This document shows positions 10,704 through 21,347 of a DNA stretch of 64,000 nt, piece by piece. The position numbers and the translations under genes were made by a program. The stretch is from an uncultured delta proteobacterium. GTDB taxonomy: Bacteria; Myxococcota; Myxococcia; Myxococcales; Myxococcaceae. The first letter of the stretch is position 1. Every line of letters begins with the position of its first letter. The notes below the pieces were generated by a model that worked only from the letters and a program-made list of their open reading frames with translations, ran no database searches and was not told where the DNA came from. The stretch is taken from contig CAVYSY010000030.1 in assembly GCA_963771175.1 (NCBI GenBank), positions 192,001 through 256,000 of the forward strand. Reading direction: 5' to 3'.

Positions 10704-13037
10704 CTACCCGCCGAGCACCTGGAGGGCGCGGTTGTAGTAGGCGTCGCGGCTGGCCTTGCCGTTGTAGCCGCCATTCACCCGGTAGGTGACGGCGTCGAAG
10801 TTGCCCGCGTCCGCGTAGCTGTTGAGGTTGCGGGTGTTCCAGAACCAGGCGGCGGTGCGGAAGCCCACGTCGGGGTCCGCGGCGCGGGTGGGGTTGTTCA
10901 CCAGGTCGATGCCCAGGGCGTTGCTCGCGGCCGTGTAGTTGGAGCGGCCGGTGAGCTGGATGGGGCCACGGCCCTTGAAGCGCACGCCGTCACCCGGCTG
11001 GGTGTTGCCCAGGTCCCCGCGGCCCTCGTAGGCGGCGCCGGAGGCGATCTCCTCCATCCAGCGGAACTCCCCGCTCTCGTGGGCGAGCTGCGCGAGGAAG
11101 GCCGCCTGCCGCCGTGGGGTGTTGATGCCCGCCTCGGCCATGGCGCGGTTGAGGTGCGGCAGCATCTCGTTGGCGCGCGCCTCGGACAGGTTGGGCATGA
11201 TGGAGCGGAGCTGCTGCAGGCTCACCCCGCCCGTGGTGCCCGACTCACTGGGGCCCGTCACCGGACCCGGCCCGCTCACGGGGCCCGGCTGGGACGGCGT
11301 GGACGGAGCCGAGCCACCCGGAATGGTGAGCTGCTGGCCGACCTGGATGAGGTTGGGGTTGGAGATGCCGTTGGCGCGGGCGATGGCATCCACGGTGCTG
11401 CCGTAGCGGGCGGCGATGCCGCTGAGCGTGTCACCCGGCTGCACGGTGTAGCGCGGCGAGGCCGGGGCCGGAGCCGGCGCGGGAGCCGTGGTGCCCGAGG
11501 CGCCCGGGATGGTGAGGTGCTGGCCGACCTGGATGAAGTCGGGGTTGGAGATGCCGTTGGCCTGGGCGATGGCTCCCACGGTGCTGCCGTGGCGGGCGGC
11601 GATGCCACTGAGCGTGTCACCCGGCTGCACGGTGTAGCTCCGCGCGGCCGGGGCCGGAGCCGGCGCGGGAGCCGCGGTGCCCGAGGCGCCCGGGATGGTG
11701 AGGTGCTGGCCGACCTGGATGAAGTCGGGGTTGGAGATGCCGTTGGCCTGGGCGATGGCACCCACGGTGCTGCCGTGGCGGGCGGCGATGCCACCGAGCG
11801 TGTCACCCGGCTGCACCGTGTAGCTCTGCGCGGCCGGAGCCGGCGCGGGAGCCGCGGTGCCCGAGGCGCCCGGGATGGTGAGGTGCTGGCCGACCTGGAT
11901 GAAGTCGGGGTTGGAGATGCCGTTGGCCTGGGCGATGGCCCCCACGGTGCTGCCGTGGCGGGCGGCGATGCCGCCGAGCGTGTCACCCGGCTGCACGGTG
12001 TAGCTCCGCGCGGCCGGGGCCGGAGCCGGCGCGGGAGCCGCGGTGCCCGGGATGGTGAGGTGCTGGCCGACCTGGATGAAGTCGGGGTTGGAGATGCCGT
12101 TGGCGCGGGCGATGGCATCCACGGTGCTGCCGTGGCGGGCGGCGATGCCACCGAGCGTGTCACCCGGCTGCACCGTATACGAGCCACCCCTCGGAGCCGG
12201 AGCGGGGGCCGGCGTGCTGGGCGCCGGAGCCGGGGCGGGCGACTGGCCAGCGACGCCGCGGTCGTTGACGAAGTACTGCACCGGCCTGTTGCCGAAGGAG
12301 TCCTTCACATGGCCGTTGTTGAAGTTGCTCGAGCCGGCCTGGGCGATGGCGGGGCCGCGATCCGTCACCTCGCCCGGACGCACCACGGCGATGTGGCCGA
12401 TGCCGCCCGGGTTGTTCCAGCTCGCCACGGCGGGGTGGCCCTGGTTGGCCAGCGCCTGGGCCTCCTGGGCGCTCACCTCGCGCCAGCCGCGGCTCGGCCC
12501 GTGCTGCTCCAACCAGCGGTGGCCGCCGTTGGCGTCCAGCTCACGGGCTCCCGGGGCACCCACCCCCGCGGGGTTGCCGGCACCGTCCACCCAGTGCGGA
12601 ATCTCCGCGCCCATGGCGCGCGTCACGTCCCAGGCGAAGATGTTGCAGTAGGTGTTGCCCCCGCGCGGCTGGTAGCGCGGGTTGTTGTTCACGGAGAACT
12701 GGTCGATGACCTGGCCGTAGTTGCTCCCGTTGCGGTTGGAGGGGTCTCCCCGCATCGGGGCGTCCACCGGAATCCAGGCGTTGGTGTTGGTGGTCCCCGC
12801 GGCCGGACCGCCGCCCGAGGCCGCGCGTGCCTCGAAGCGGTCCGGGGAGGTGGTCGGGTTGGCCGCCGCCGGACGACGTGGCGAGTCGAAGCCATCGGGG
12901 ATGACGAGCTGCTGACCCGCACGGATGCGGTTCGGGTCCTGGATGTCGTTGGCCTTCGCCAGCGCATCGACCGAGGTGTTGTACTTGCGAGCCAGACCGC
13001 TGAGGGTCTCGCCCTGCCGGATGGTGTGCACGGTCAT
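10704..13037 (-). CDS. Multi-domain cell-wall hydrolase: LysM + Cys/His (CHAP-like) domain + 5 LysM + glycoside hydrolase family 19
   Basis: YTVQPGDTL..IA...G LysM repeats; NTYCNIF...GHIAVV; GH19 motifs AAFLAQLAHES, FKGRGPIQLTGRSNY, AAWFW, VNGGYNG. Confidence 0.92.
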   Translation of the reverse strand: MTVHTIRQGETLSGLARKYNTSVDALAKANDIQDPNRIRAGQQLVIPDGFDSPRRPAAANPTTSPDRFEARAASGGGPAAGTTNTNAWIPVDAPMRGDPSNRNGSNYGQVIDQFSVNNNPRYQPRGGNTYCNIFAWDVTRAMGAEIPHWVDGAGNPAGVGAPGARELDANGGHRWLEQHGPSRGWREVSAQEAQALANQGHPAVASWNNPGGIGHIAVVRPGEVTDRGPAIAQAGSSNFNNGHVKDSFGNRPVQYFVNDRGVAGQSPAPAPAPSTPAPAPAPRGGSYTVQPGDTLGGIAARHGSTVDAIARANGISNPDFIQVGQHLTIPGTAAPAPAPAPAARSYTVQPGDTLGGIAARHGSTVGAIAQANGISNPDFIQVGQHLTIPGASGTAAPAPAPAAQSYTVQPGDTLGGIAARHGSTVGAIAQANGISNPDFIQVGQHLTIPGASGTAAPAPAPAPAARSYTVQPGDTLSGIAARHGSTVGAIAQANGISNPDFIQVGQHLTIPGASGTTAPAPAPAPASPRYTVQPGDTLSGIAARYGSTVDAIARANGISNPNLIQVGQQLTIPGGSAPSTPSQPGPVSGPGPVTGPSESGTTGGVSLQQLRSIMPNLSEARANEMLPHLNRAMAEAGINTPRRQAAFLAQLAHESGEFRWMEEIASGAAYEGRGDLGNTQPGDGVRFKGRGPIQLTGRSNYTAASNALGIDLVNNPTRAADPDVGFRTAAWFWNTRNLNSYADAGNFDAVTYRVNGGYNGKASRDAYYNRALQVLGG
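11322..12180 (-). repeat. Five near-identical intragenic LysM-coding tandem repeats (period 177-186 bp)
   Basis: Near-identical units (e.g. gtcacccggctgcac, acctggatga..t.ggggttggagatgccgttggc) with anchors at ~11445, 11631, 11817, 11997, 12174. Confidence 0.95.
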
Positions 13038-13181
13038 GATAGTTCCCGTGAAAATGAAGCGCTCGGGGTGATTATCGCACGCCTGCCACCCTGAGTTGCT
13101 TATCCCCCCATATTTCGTACCTGTCCGGCTGGCAGCCCCTCCTGCGAGCGCTCGGATGGCCTTCCGTCACGGGGGAAGGGA

Positions 13182-14249
13182 ATGGGAACGCACTCCGTTG
13201 ACGTGGCGATGGAAGGACCTCCCTCCTCTTCTTCGGCGTCTTCTTCGAGCGATGCTGCCCTTTCTGGCGATGTCAAAACCCTGCGCAATGCACTGGCTGT
13301 TCCAGTGATGGAGTGGGTGGACTGGAGCAACGCTCTCGAGCGGGCGGCCAGCTGGTTGGATGACCTCCACTGGCAGATCGCCAAGGGCGGGAGCCTGCAT
13401 CAGGGGTTGGAGTCCATGTTCAAGGGCCTGGCCCTGCTGCACCGCAAATGGGACCGGGAGGAGTGGACCCGCTTCTGCCTGGAGATCGTCCGCAACCACC
13501 CGCTGCGTGCGCTCATCCACCAGTGTCCCTACACGCGGCACGGCTTCGAGAAGCCCCGGGGCTACGCGGGTGACGCGGTGCTCATCGACTACCTCTACAA
13601 CGAGCGTCAGACGGATGGGACGACGCAGCTCGGGCGGGACATCTACCACTTCCTGTGGCGCCAGTCCGGGCCCCGGAGCGTGCGCGAGCGGCGGGAATTG
13701 CTGGTCCGGGAGCTGGACTCCGTCGCCGAGCGCGTGAAGCAGCCCCGCGTGCTCTCCGTGGCCTGCGGACACCTGCGCGAGGCCGAGCACTCCCGCGCCG
13801 TGGCCGAGGGCCGCATCGGCCAGCTCCTCGCGTTCGATCAGGACCCGGTGAGCCTGGAGGTGGTGACCCAGCAGCACCCGGGGAATGTGGTGCGGCCCGT
13901 CCGTGGCTCGGTCCGCTCCATCCTCCTGGGCAAGGCCACGTTCCCGGACCAGGACTTCATCTACTCGGCGGGTCTGTACGACTACCTCTCCGAGTCCGTG
14001 GCCGCGCGCCTCACCCGGCTCCTGTTCGGCATGCTCCGCCCCGGTGGGCGCCTGCTGGTGGGCAACTTCGCCGTCCGCACCCCCGATGCCGGTTTCCTCG
14101 AGGCCTTCATGGACTGGTGGCTCATCTATCGCGATGAGAACCAGGTGCGTGCCTTCGCCTCGGAGATCGACCCGGCGCAGCTCGCCTCGGTGGACATGTT
14201 CCGCGACAGCGCGCAGAACGTCATCTACATGGTGCTGACCCGCCGCTAG
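13182..14249 (+). CDS. Class I SAM-dependent methyltransferase, PhcB (3-OH fatty acid methyl ester synthase)-like
   Basis: KPRGYAGDA.LIDY.Y, RVLSVACGHLRE, DFIYSAGLYDYL, L.PGG.L.VGNF, MDWWLIYR motifs. Confidence 0.8.
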   Translation: MGTHSVDVAMEGPPSSSSASSSSDAALSGDVKTLRNALAVPVMEWVDWSNALERAASWLDDLHWQIAKGGSLHQGLESMFKGLALLHRKWDREEWTRFCLEIVRNHPLRALIHQCPYTRHGFEKPRGYAGDAVLIDYLYNERQTDGTTQLGRDIYHFLWRQSGPRSVRERRELLVRELDSVAERVKQPRVLSVACGHLREAEHSRAVAEGRIGQLLAFDQDPVSLEVVTQQHPGNVVRPVRGSVRSILLGKATFPDQDFIYSAGLYDYLSESVAARLTRLLFGMLRPGGRLLVGNFAVRTPDAGFLEAFMDWWLIYRDENQVRAFASEIDPAQLASVDMFRDSAQNVIYMVLTRR

Positions 14250-14279
14250 AAGCGGCGGCCCCTTCGGTGGGGTCCTCCC

Positions 14280-17200
14280 TCAGTGGGCGCCGTTGCCGCC
14301 CTGGGGCTCCTCGGGGCCGCGGCGGGGCAGGGTGACGGTGAAGGTGGCACCCTGTCCCGGCGCGCTCTCCACCTCGATGGTGCCGCCGAGCGCCTGGACA
14401 ATCTCCCGGACAATCCACAGCCCGATGCCGAAGCCACCGTAGTGGCGCACGGAGACGGCGCGCTCGAAGCGCTCGAAGATGCGCGTGGCGTCCTCCTCGG
14501 CGATGCCGATGCCCTCGTCGCGCACCCTCAGCCGCGCCTGGGTCTCGTCGCCTTCCACGGTGACTTCGATGGGCCGGCCCGCCCCGTACTTCGCCGCATT
14601 GGTGAGCAGGTTGACCACCACCTGCTCCAGCCGCATGGCGTCCCAATGGCCCACCAGGGAGGGGGGCAGGTTCAGCCGCAGCGGGCACTCGGCTCGCACC
14701 AGCCCCTCGCGCGAGCGCTCCACCACCCCGCGCACCACCTGCACCAGGTCCACGTTCTCGAGATGACCCAGGAGCTGCCCCTGGGCGATGCGCGAGATGT
14801 CCAGCAGCTCGTTCACCAACCTCCCCAGGCGCTGCGTCTGGAGGTTGGCCGACTCCAGCTTGGCGCCGAGCCGCTCCGGGGGCAGCCGCTCCAGGCCCTG
14901 GCGCACCTGGGACATGAGGCCCTGGATGTGGAGCTGGAGCGAGGTGAGGGGCGTCTTCAGCTCGTGCGCGGCGATGGAGAGGAAGTCGTCCCGGCGCCGC
15001 ACGGCCTCCTGCTCCTCGCGGTAGAGCCGGCCCTGCTCCTCGGAGAGGGCCTCCATGCGCTCGAAGCCCTCGGCGTTCTCCAGCGCGGCGCCGGCGAGGA
15101 TGCAGACGAAGGAGGCCAGACGCTCCTCGTCCTCGCCGAAGAGCTCGCCCACCTGCCGATGGCTGACGCACACGCAGGCCACCGTCTTGCCGCGCACCTG
15201 GATGGGGGCGCACAGCAGCGAGCGCACCCCGAGCAGCTCCATGCTCTCGCTCACCCCGCCGGGCATGCCCTGGCCCATCACCGTCGGGCGTCCCGTCTCC
15301 AGGGCCCGGCCGATGGCGGTGTGGCCCACGCCGGCCGCCGCCAGCTCGTCCTCGGGCAGCAGCGTCTCCGGGTCGAACACCACGCAGTGCTCCGCGCGCA
15401 GCATCTCCATCATGGACAGGCGCGCGGCGTCGAACACCGCCTGGCGGGAGAGGGCCGAGGCGATGCGGCGGCCCGCGTCCAGCACCCGGGGGAAGCGGTC
15501 CACCAGCGACAGGGTGCCCGGGCGCTCCGGCTGCTCCGCGCTCTCTCCAGGCTCGATGTCCAGGTCCTGCTCCATCTCCTGGAGCTCGCGGGAGGCCTCC
15601 TCCGTCCAGGCGGGGGCCTCGGGCCAGCCGACCTCCTTGCCCACGCGCCCGAGCGTCTGGAGCGTCTGGGCGCGCTCGTAGCGCATCTTCAGCTCCCCGG
15701 CGACGTCCAGGCTCTCCTCCAGCCAGCGGCGGGCGCGGCGCGGGTGGCCGGCCAGGGCGGCCAGCAGCCCCCGCTCGCGCAGCACGTGGGCGAGGTTGTT
15801 GCGGTAGCTGCGCGCCAGCTTGTAGGCCCGCCGCGCCACCTTCTCGGCCCGCTTCAGCGACTCCGCGCGCAGGCCCGGGGCGAGCGGGGAGCTGTTCTCG
15901 GCCCGCATGCGCAGCGCCGTCAGCAGCCAGGGCACGATGGGGGCCACGTACTCGTGTCGCAGGTGGGCCTGCTCCACCAGAGTGTCCGCCTTCTCCAGCA
16001 GGGACACCGCGCCCGCGGAGTCCCCCTCGTGCAGCAGGCGGAGCGCCTCGGCCAGCAGGAGGTTGGCGTGCGTCTGCGTGTCCTGGCCGGGGTTGGCCAG
16101 CGAGCCCTCCAGCAGGCTGTATGGGATGCGGCCCCGGGCCGCCTTGGACCAGACCTCCAGGGCCAGGCGCACCGCGTACCCGTCGCCGATGGCCAGCGCC
16201 GCCGCGTGCAGCCGCCGCGCGGACTCCAGCGCCTCCTTCAGCCGGCCCAGCCGGTAGTGGGCCAGGGCGTACTGGTAGTGGGCGTTGTTGACCTCCCACT
16301 GGTCTCCCGTGCGCTGCAGCAGCCGCACCGCCTCGCGGCACTTCTCGATGGACTCCTCGAAGCGGCCCGCGGCGTAGAGGCCCAGCCCGTAGAAGTGGAG
16401 CGACTGGCCCTGGCCCCAGACGTCCCCCAGCTCCCGGCGGATGGCGAGCGACTTCTCCGCGTAGGCGGTGGCCCGGCTGAACCAGGGCACCATGGTGAGC
16501 ATCGGGGCATGCTCCGAATAGGCCTGGGCGAGCTCGAGGGTGGGCGGATAGCGCTCGGCCGTGTTCACCTCGCGCAGGTGGGTCCAGAAGGTGGCGATGG
16601 GACTGCCGAAGTACCAGCTGTTGTAGGTCAGCCGGCTGTAGAAGTGCACCGCGAGCAGGTCCTCCTCGCTGTGCTCGAGCGAGCGCCGCCCCATCAGCAC
16701 GTGGGGCATCAGCGTGTGTCCGGCCTGCACCCCCAGCTCCCAGAAGGCCCCCCAGCGCGAACGCCGCGGAGGTGCGGGGCACCCACCGCCCCAGCAGCGT
16801 CAGCCCCCGCTTCAGGGCCACGTCCGCCTCTTCCTTCTTGTAGAGCTTGAAGGCCAGCTCGCCGAGCTTCAACCAGATGCGGGCCTGCTCCAGCCTGTCT
16901 CGCGCCAGCGATTGGGCCAGCTCGAGCTGCTGCTGGGCGGCATCGTAGCGCCCGCGCAGCATCAGCACGTCCCCGAGCCCGGCGGCGACGCGGAAGCGCG
17001 TGCTGGCCTCGGCCCGGTCCGCGCCCCGCTCGGCGATGCGGTAGTTGAACTCCGCCGTCTCCAGGGCGAACTGCTGCCGGGAGCGCTCGGCGGCCATCAG
17101 GGCATGGGGGAGGGCCTGGGCATACTCGCCCGCCGCATCGAAGTGGTAGGCCAGCTCGAAAGGGTCCGCCGGGGGATGGGCGGCGATGCTGCGAGCCGCC

Positions 17201-19266
17201 AGCCGGTGCAGCTCCCGGCGCTCCTCGGGTCGCAGCAGCCCCAGCAGGGCCTCGCGCAGCTTGTCGTGGACGAAGGTGTAGCGGCCGCCGGAGCCCTCCC
17301 ACAGCATGTGTCGCCGCCGGGGCTCCATCAGCGCGGCGGCCACCTGCTCCCGCGGCGTCCCCGAGAGGGCCGCCACCCGCTCCAGGTCGAAGTTCTTGCC
17401 CAGCACCGCGCCCACGGACAGCAGGCGCAGCGCCTCGGGCGGCAGCAGCTTGAGCCGGCGCGACCAGGAAGGAGGCCGCCTGGCGCGAGGAGCGCACGTG
17501 GGCCATGGCCTCCGGCTCCACCTGCCACCCCGCGGGCCTGGCACCAGCGCGCCGTCCTCCACCAGGCCGTGCAGCACCGCCGAGGCCATGAAGGGATTGC
17601 CCTCGGACAGGCGCGACACCAGCTCGGTGGCCTCGCGCGGCAGGTTGCCGGCCATGGACTCCAGCATCCGCGCCACCTCGGTGGTGCCGAAGGCCGCCAG
17701 GCGCAGGTGGGCGTCCGGGTTGAGCCGGCGCAGGACGTGCGCGGGCCCCACCTCCTCGGTGCGGAAGGACACGACGATGAGCACGTGCCCCGCCGAGTCG
17801 CGGTGCGCCTGCCGCCAGTTCTCCAGCGCCCGGAGCGTCAGCTCGTCGGCCCACTGGCAGTCCTCGAGCAGCACCACCGCCGGCTCGGACTCCGTGCCCA
17901 GCGCGCCCAGCAGCGTGGTGAGGGCGAGGATGCCGCGCGTCTCACCCAGGGACTCGGGGCCCAGGCCCTGCTGCTGCGCCGGGCGCAGCACCGACTGCAA
18001 CTGGGGCAGCACCGTGCACACCGCCGCCGCCTGGTCCACCAGCCGCTCGCGCAGCAGCTCCGCCAGTGAGGGCCGCTCCCGGGCCTCCGTGGCGATGCCC
18101 GAGGCCACGTCCACGACGAGCTGGAAGGGCCGCTGCGCGGACTGGGCCAGGGCCTGGCCCTGCAGCACCCAGGCGCGGTGTTGGCGGGCGCGCGTGGCGA
18201 ACTCCTCCAGCAGCCGGCTCTTGCCGCCGCCGCTCTCGGCCTCCACCACCAGCAGCCGTCCCGGCTCGACGCGCGAGCGCTCCAGCTCGCGCTCCAGCAG
18301 CGCCAGCTCCTCGTGGCGTCCCACGAAGGAGGGCTCGGTGAGGCTGTGGCGCATGTCATGCGCGCCCGCCACCAACTCCGGGTCCTGCTCGCCGCGGGCC
18401 AGGGCCTTCTCAATCGCCTGCAGGTCCTCGCGCGCGGACTGGGCGGACTGGTAGCGGTCCTGCGGGTCCGTCTGTAACAGGCGCGCGACGACCTCCTCCA
18501 GCGCGCGGGGCACCTCCACGCCGGTGCTGCGCAGCCGGGGCCGGGTGGTGAGGTGCTGGCGGAGCACCTCGCCCACGGAGGCGCCGTCGAAGGCCGGGTG
18601 GCCGGCGAGCGTCTCGAAGAGGACGGCCCCCACCGCGTACAGGTCCGAGGTGGCCTCCACCGGACGGTTGAGGAGCCCGGCCTGCTCGGGCGAGAGGTAG
18701 CGCGCGGTGCCCACCGGCAGGTCGCGCAGCGTCGGGTCCAACCGCTCACTGCGCGCCAGACCGAAGTCCACCAGACTGGCGCGGACGACGGTGGGGCGGC
18801 CCTCGACGATGATGTTGGAGGGCTTGATGTCGCGGTGGAGGATGCCGTGGGCGTGGGCCTCGGCCAGGGCGGCCAGGACGCACTGGCCCACGGTGAGCGC
18901 CTCCTCCACGGAGAGGGTGCCACTGGTGAGCCGCTCCTGGAGCGACACCCCGGGGGTGAAGGGTGTCACCAAGAAGACCAGGTCGCCCCCGGCGCCGAAG
19001 TGGAGCACCGGCACCAGGTAGGGGCTGTGCATCGAGCGCAGGACATTCGCCTCGTGTTCCAGACGCTGTCGCGCGTTGGGCACCAGCGAGACGGCGGAGG
19101 TCGTCTTGATGACGAGCCGACCCCCGGTATGCAGGTCCACCCCGAGCCACGTGGTGATGCCACGGCCCTGCTTGATGCGCTGGGTGAGTTCGAAGCGGTT
19201 GCCCAGTCGCCTGCCTGGGTGCACCCCTTCCAGAGAGGGTCCCGCCTGTTCGTAGCCCTCCGCCAT
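14280..19266 (-). CDS. Hybrid Ser/Thr kinase - AAA ATPase - TPR - GAF - histidine kinase; frameshifts near 17540/17465 (compensating) and ~16750
   Basis: HRDIKPSN, DFGLA, GTARYLSPE; FVGRHEEL...AESGGGKSRL; LEDCQWAD; GNPF; FVHDKLRE; GAF SLLCAPI; AAHELKTPL, NLLTNAAKY, DEGIGI, GFGIGL. Confidence 0.9.
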
Positions 19267-19497
19267 CAATGCCCTCCCCCTCTGGTCGCACCACCGGGTG
19301 GTGGGGTCGGCGCGTCATCGAGAAGCTTGGGACCGCGACGTGCGGTGCCAAGGGGGACGACCTGGCTACATGCGCCGACGGCGTGCGCCAGTGGGTAGGG
19401 TGCTTCAAATGGGGAGGCACGGGGGCGCGCGCATCCCCTCAGGCACGGATACCGGCCCTCGGTGCTCAGCCCGGAGGACAGGCGAGCGGGCGGGCCC

Positions 19498-20217
19498 CTA
19501 CTTCTGGTGGACGTCCTCGAAGGCGAGCATGTCGAGCAGTCGCTGCTCCCGGGCTTCATCGAAGCCGCAGGTGGCGTCCCACTCCGGGGGGTTGTCGTAG
19601 GTGCCGAAGAGCATGTCCCACCAGGGCAGGTCGCCGTAGTTGTTGCGGTGCTTGCCGTACTCGTGGTGGATGCGGTGCATCTCCGGGCGCTGGAAGAGGT
19701 AGCCCACCCAGCGGGGGGTGCGCACGTTGGTGTGGTAGAAGAACTCGCCCAGCGCGGTGAAGGCGGTGTAGACGGCGCCGGCCGCCGGGCTCAGCCCCAG
19801 CACCGTGTAGACGAGCAGGCCACCAATGATGGAGTTGGCCACCATCTCCAGCGGGTGCTTGTAGAAGCTGGTGATGACCTCCAGGCGCTGCGGGCTGTGG
19901 TGGATTTGATGGAAGAGGCGCCAGAGGAGGTCGCTCTCGTGCCGCGCCCGGTGCCACCAATAGAAGACGAAGGTGGCGATGAAGTAGGCGACGGCGCCGC
20001 CGGCCAGCGGGGACAGGTGGCGCGAGAGGTGGAACAGCGACTGCGCCGACAGCCAGCGCTCCCAGGTGAAGCCGGCGAGCACCACGACGCCCACCTGCAC
20101 GAGGTTGATGACCACCACCCGCAGGTGCCAGGAGCGCACGCGCGGCAACCGCCAGCCGCGGAAGAGGTGCTCGAGCGCGAAACAGCCGACGGCGATACCG
20201 AACAGCATCGGAAGCAT
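19498..20217 (-). CDS. Sterol desaturase / fatty acid hydroxylase family membrane di-iron enzyme
   Basis: His boxes YWWHRARH, HQIHHS, FYHTN, HRIHH; NYGDLPWWDMLFGTY. Confidence 0.92.
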   Translation of the reverse strand: MLPMLFGIAVGCFALEHLFRGWRLPRVRSWHLRVVVINLVQVGVVVLAGFTWERWLSAQSLFHLSRHLSPLAGGAVAYFIATFVFYWWHRARHESDLLWRLFHQIHHSPQRLEVITSFYKHPLEMVANSIIGGLLVYTVLGLSPAAGAVYTAFTALGEFFYHTNVRTPRWVGYLFQRPEMHRIHHEYGKHRNNYGDLPWWDMLFGTYDNPPEWDATCGFDEAREQRLLDMLAFEDVHQK

Positions 20218-20338
20218 GGGTCCCCCTTTTGGTGACGGGGGGTTTACGGGCGAAGGGCCTCCCGCTTCCCGTCTGGCGTACAGACACTGTCACCTCGAGG
20301 TGGGGAACCCCGGCGGATGCTGGCATCATCATCGCCCC

Positions 20339-21193
20339 ATGAGCCGCGATTCCTCGCTCGCCGAGCGCCTCGGGCATGTCACCTCGCAGGCCACCTTCAT
20401 CCAGGCGGCGCTGCTGGCCGCGCACGGCGCGGGAGCCCGCACCGGAGGCTTCCGGGCCGCCGACGTGCGCTTCTTCTTCCTGCTCTTCACCAACTGGGTG
20501 GAACACGACGTCACGCGACCCTCGCAGGACCTGGACCTCACGCAGGTGCGCCGGACCCTGGCGCGGTTGTGCCGGAGCGGCCAGGCCGAGCCCCTGGAAG
20601 CCGCTCCGAGCAAGAAGGTGCCCCGGGGCCAGCGCTACGTGCTGACGGAGGCGGGGCTGGTCTCCCTGGCGGAGTCGCTGGCCGCGCTGGACCGGGCGCC
20701 GCTCGACGAGGCCCTCTTCGTGGCGTGCTTCGCGGCCAGCTACCGCAAGCCCATCCTCGCGCGGGTGCTGGGCCGGGTGCCGGCGCTCAGTGCCTCGGCC
20801 CGGCGCCGCGTGGCCCAGGTGCTCGACCCGGTGCGCATCCTCCGCGAGGCGCGGCGGAGCACGACCACCGTCCTCGCGGACCTGGAGGAGCGGGTGCGCG
20901 CCAGCCTGGAGATGGATGAGGCGGCGAGGGAGGCCCTGGGCACCGGGGCTTCCGAGGAGCAGGCGGTACGGAAGCTGGAGGCCCTTGGTTCCTACCAGCT
21001 CCACCGGGTGCGCCCCCTGGCGGAGGTGCTCCTCGGGCTGCCGGAGGACCTGCGGCGCTTCGAGCTCACGGAGGGAATGGGCGTGCGCGCGCGCCTGCTC
21101 TTCGCTCCGCTGGCCGAGCGCGCCCGCGCGGAACTGGCGCTGCTCGAGCGGCTGGAGCAGCACCTGACCTCGCGAGAGTCCGCGCGAGGGTGA
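20339..21193 (+). CDS. Hypothetical protein, possibly with an N-terminal winged helix (putative regulator)
   Basis: 284-aa GC3-rich ORF divergent from the desaturase; LTQVRRTL...RYVLTEAG resembles an HTH plus wing. Confidence 0.6.
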   Translation: MSRDSSLAERLGHVTSQATFIQAALLAAHGAGARTGGFRAADVRFFFLLFTNWVEHDVTRPSQDLDLTQVRRTLARLCRSGQAEPLEAAPSKKVPRGQRYVLTEAGLVSLAESLAALDRAPLDEALFVACFAASYRKPILARVLGRVPALSASARRRVAQVLDPVRILREARRSTTTVLADLEERVRASLEMDEAAREALGTGASEEQAVRKLEALGSYQLHRVRPLAEVLLGLPEDLRRFELTEGMGVRARLLFAPLAERARAELALLERLEQHLTSRESARG

Positions 21194-21237
21194 GGATGGC
21201 CCCCTGAAAAGGGAGACCTCCCGGGCGCGTTTTTCAG

Positions 21238-21264
21238 AAACCTGTCCGACAGTCGGACAGGTTT
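21238..21264. repeat. Perfect 27-bp palindrome (13-bp arms, 1-nt centre), REP-like, between convergent genes
   Basis: AAACCTGTCCGAC-A-GTCGGACAGGTTT read directly. Confidence 0.8.
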
Positions 21265-21347
21265 GCGCGGAGCGCGGCCGGGAGGTCGAGGCCTGGTGAG
21301 GCACGGGGGGCAGGGCGAGCGTGGCCCCGACCCCCGTGCCCGGAGTG

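Noticed and set aside
11322..12180. LysM (and Kelch, 62241-64000) tandem arrays as CRISPR or DGR elements
   Set aside because: They are in-frame protein-coding repeats; there are no unique spacers and no reverse transcriptase in the window
14221..19269. 1682-aa ORF-track version of the kinase
   Set aside because: After ~16750 the translation is out of frame; the real C-terminal half is ORF 14280..16730
20321..20335. Sigma54-like TGGCATCATCATCGC (GG-N10-GC)
   Set aside because: It lies only 3 nt before the ATG, so the transcription start would fall inside the gene; such matches are frequent at this GC content
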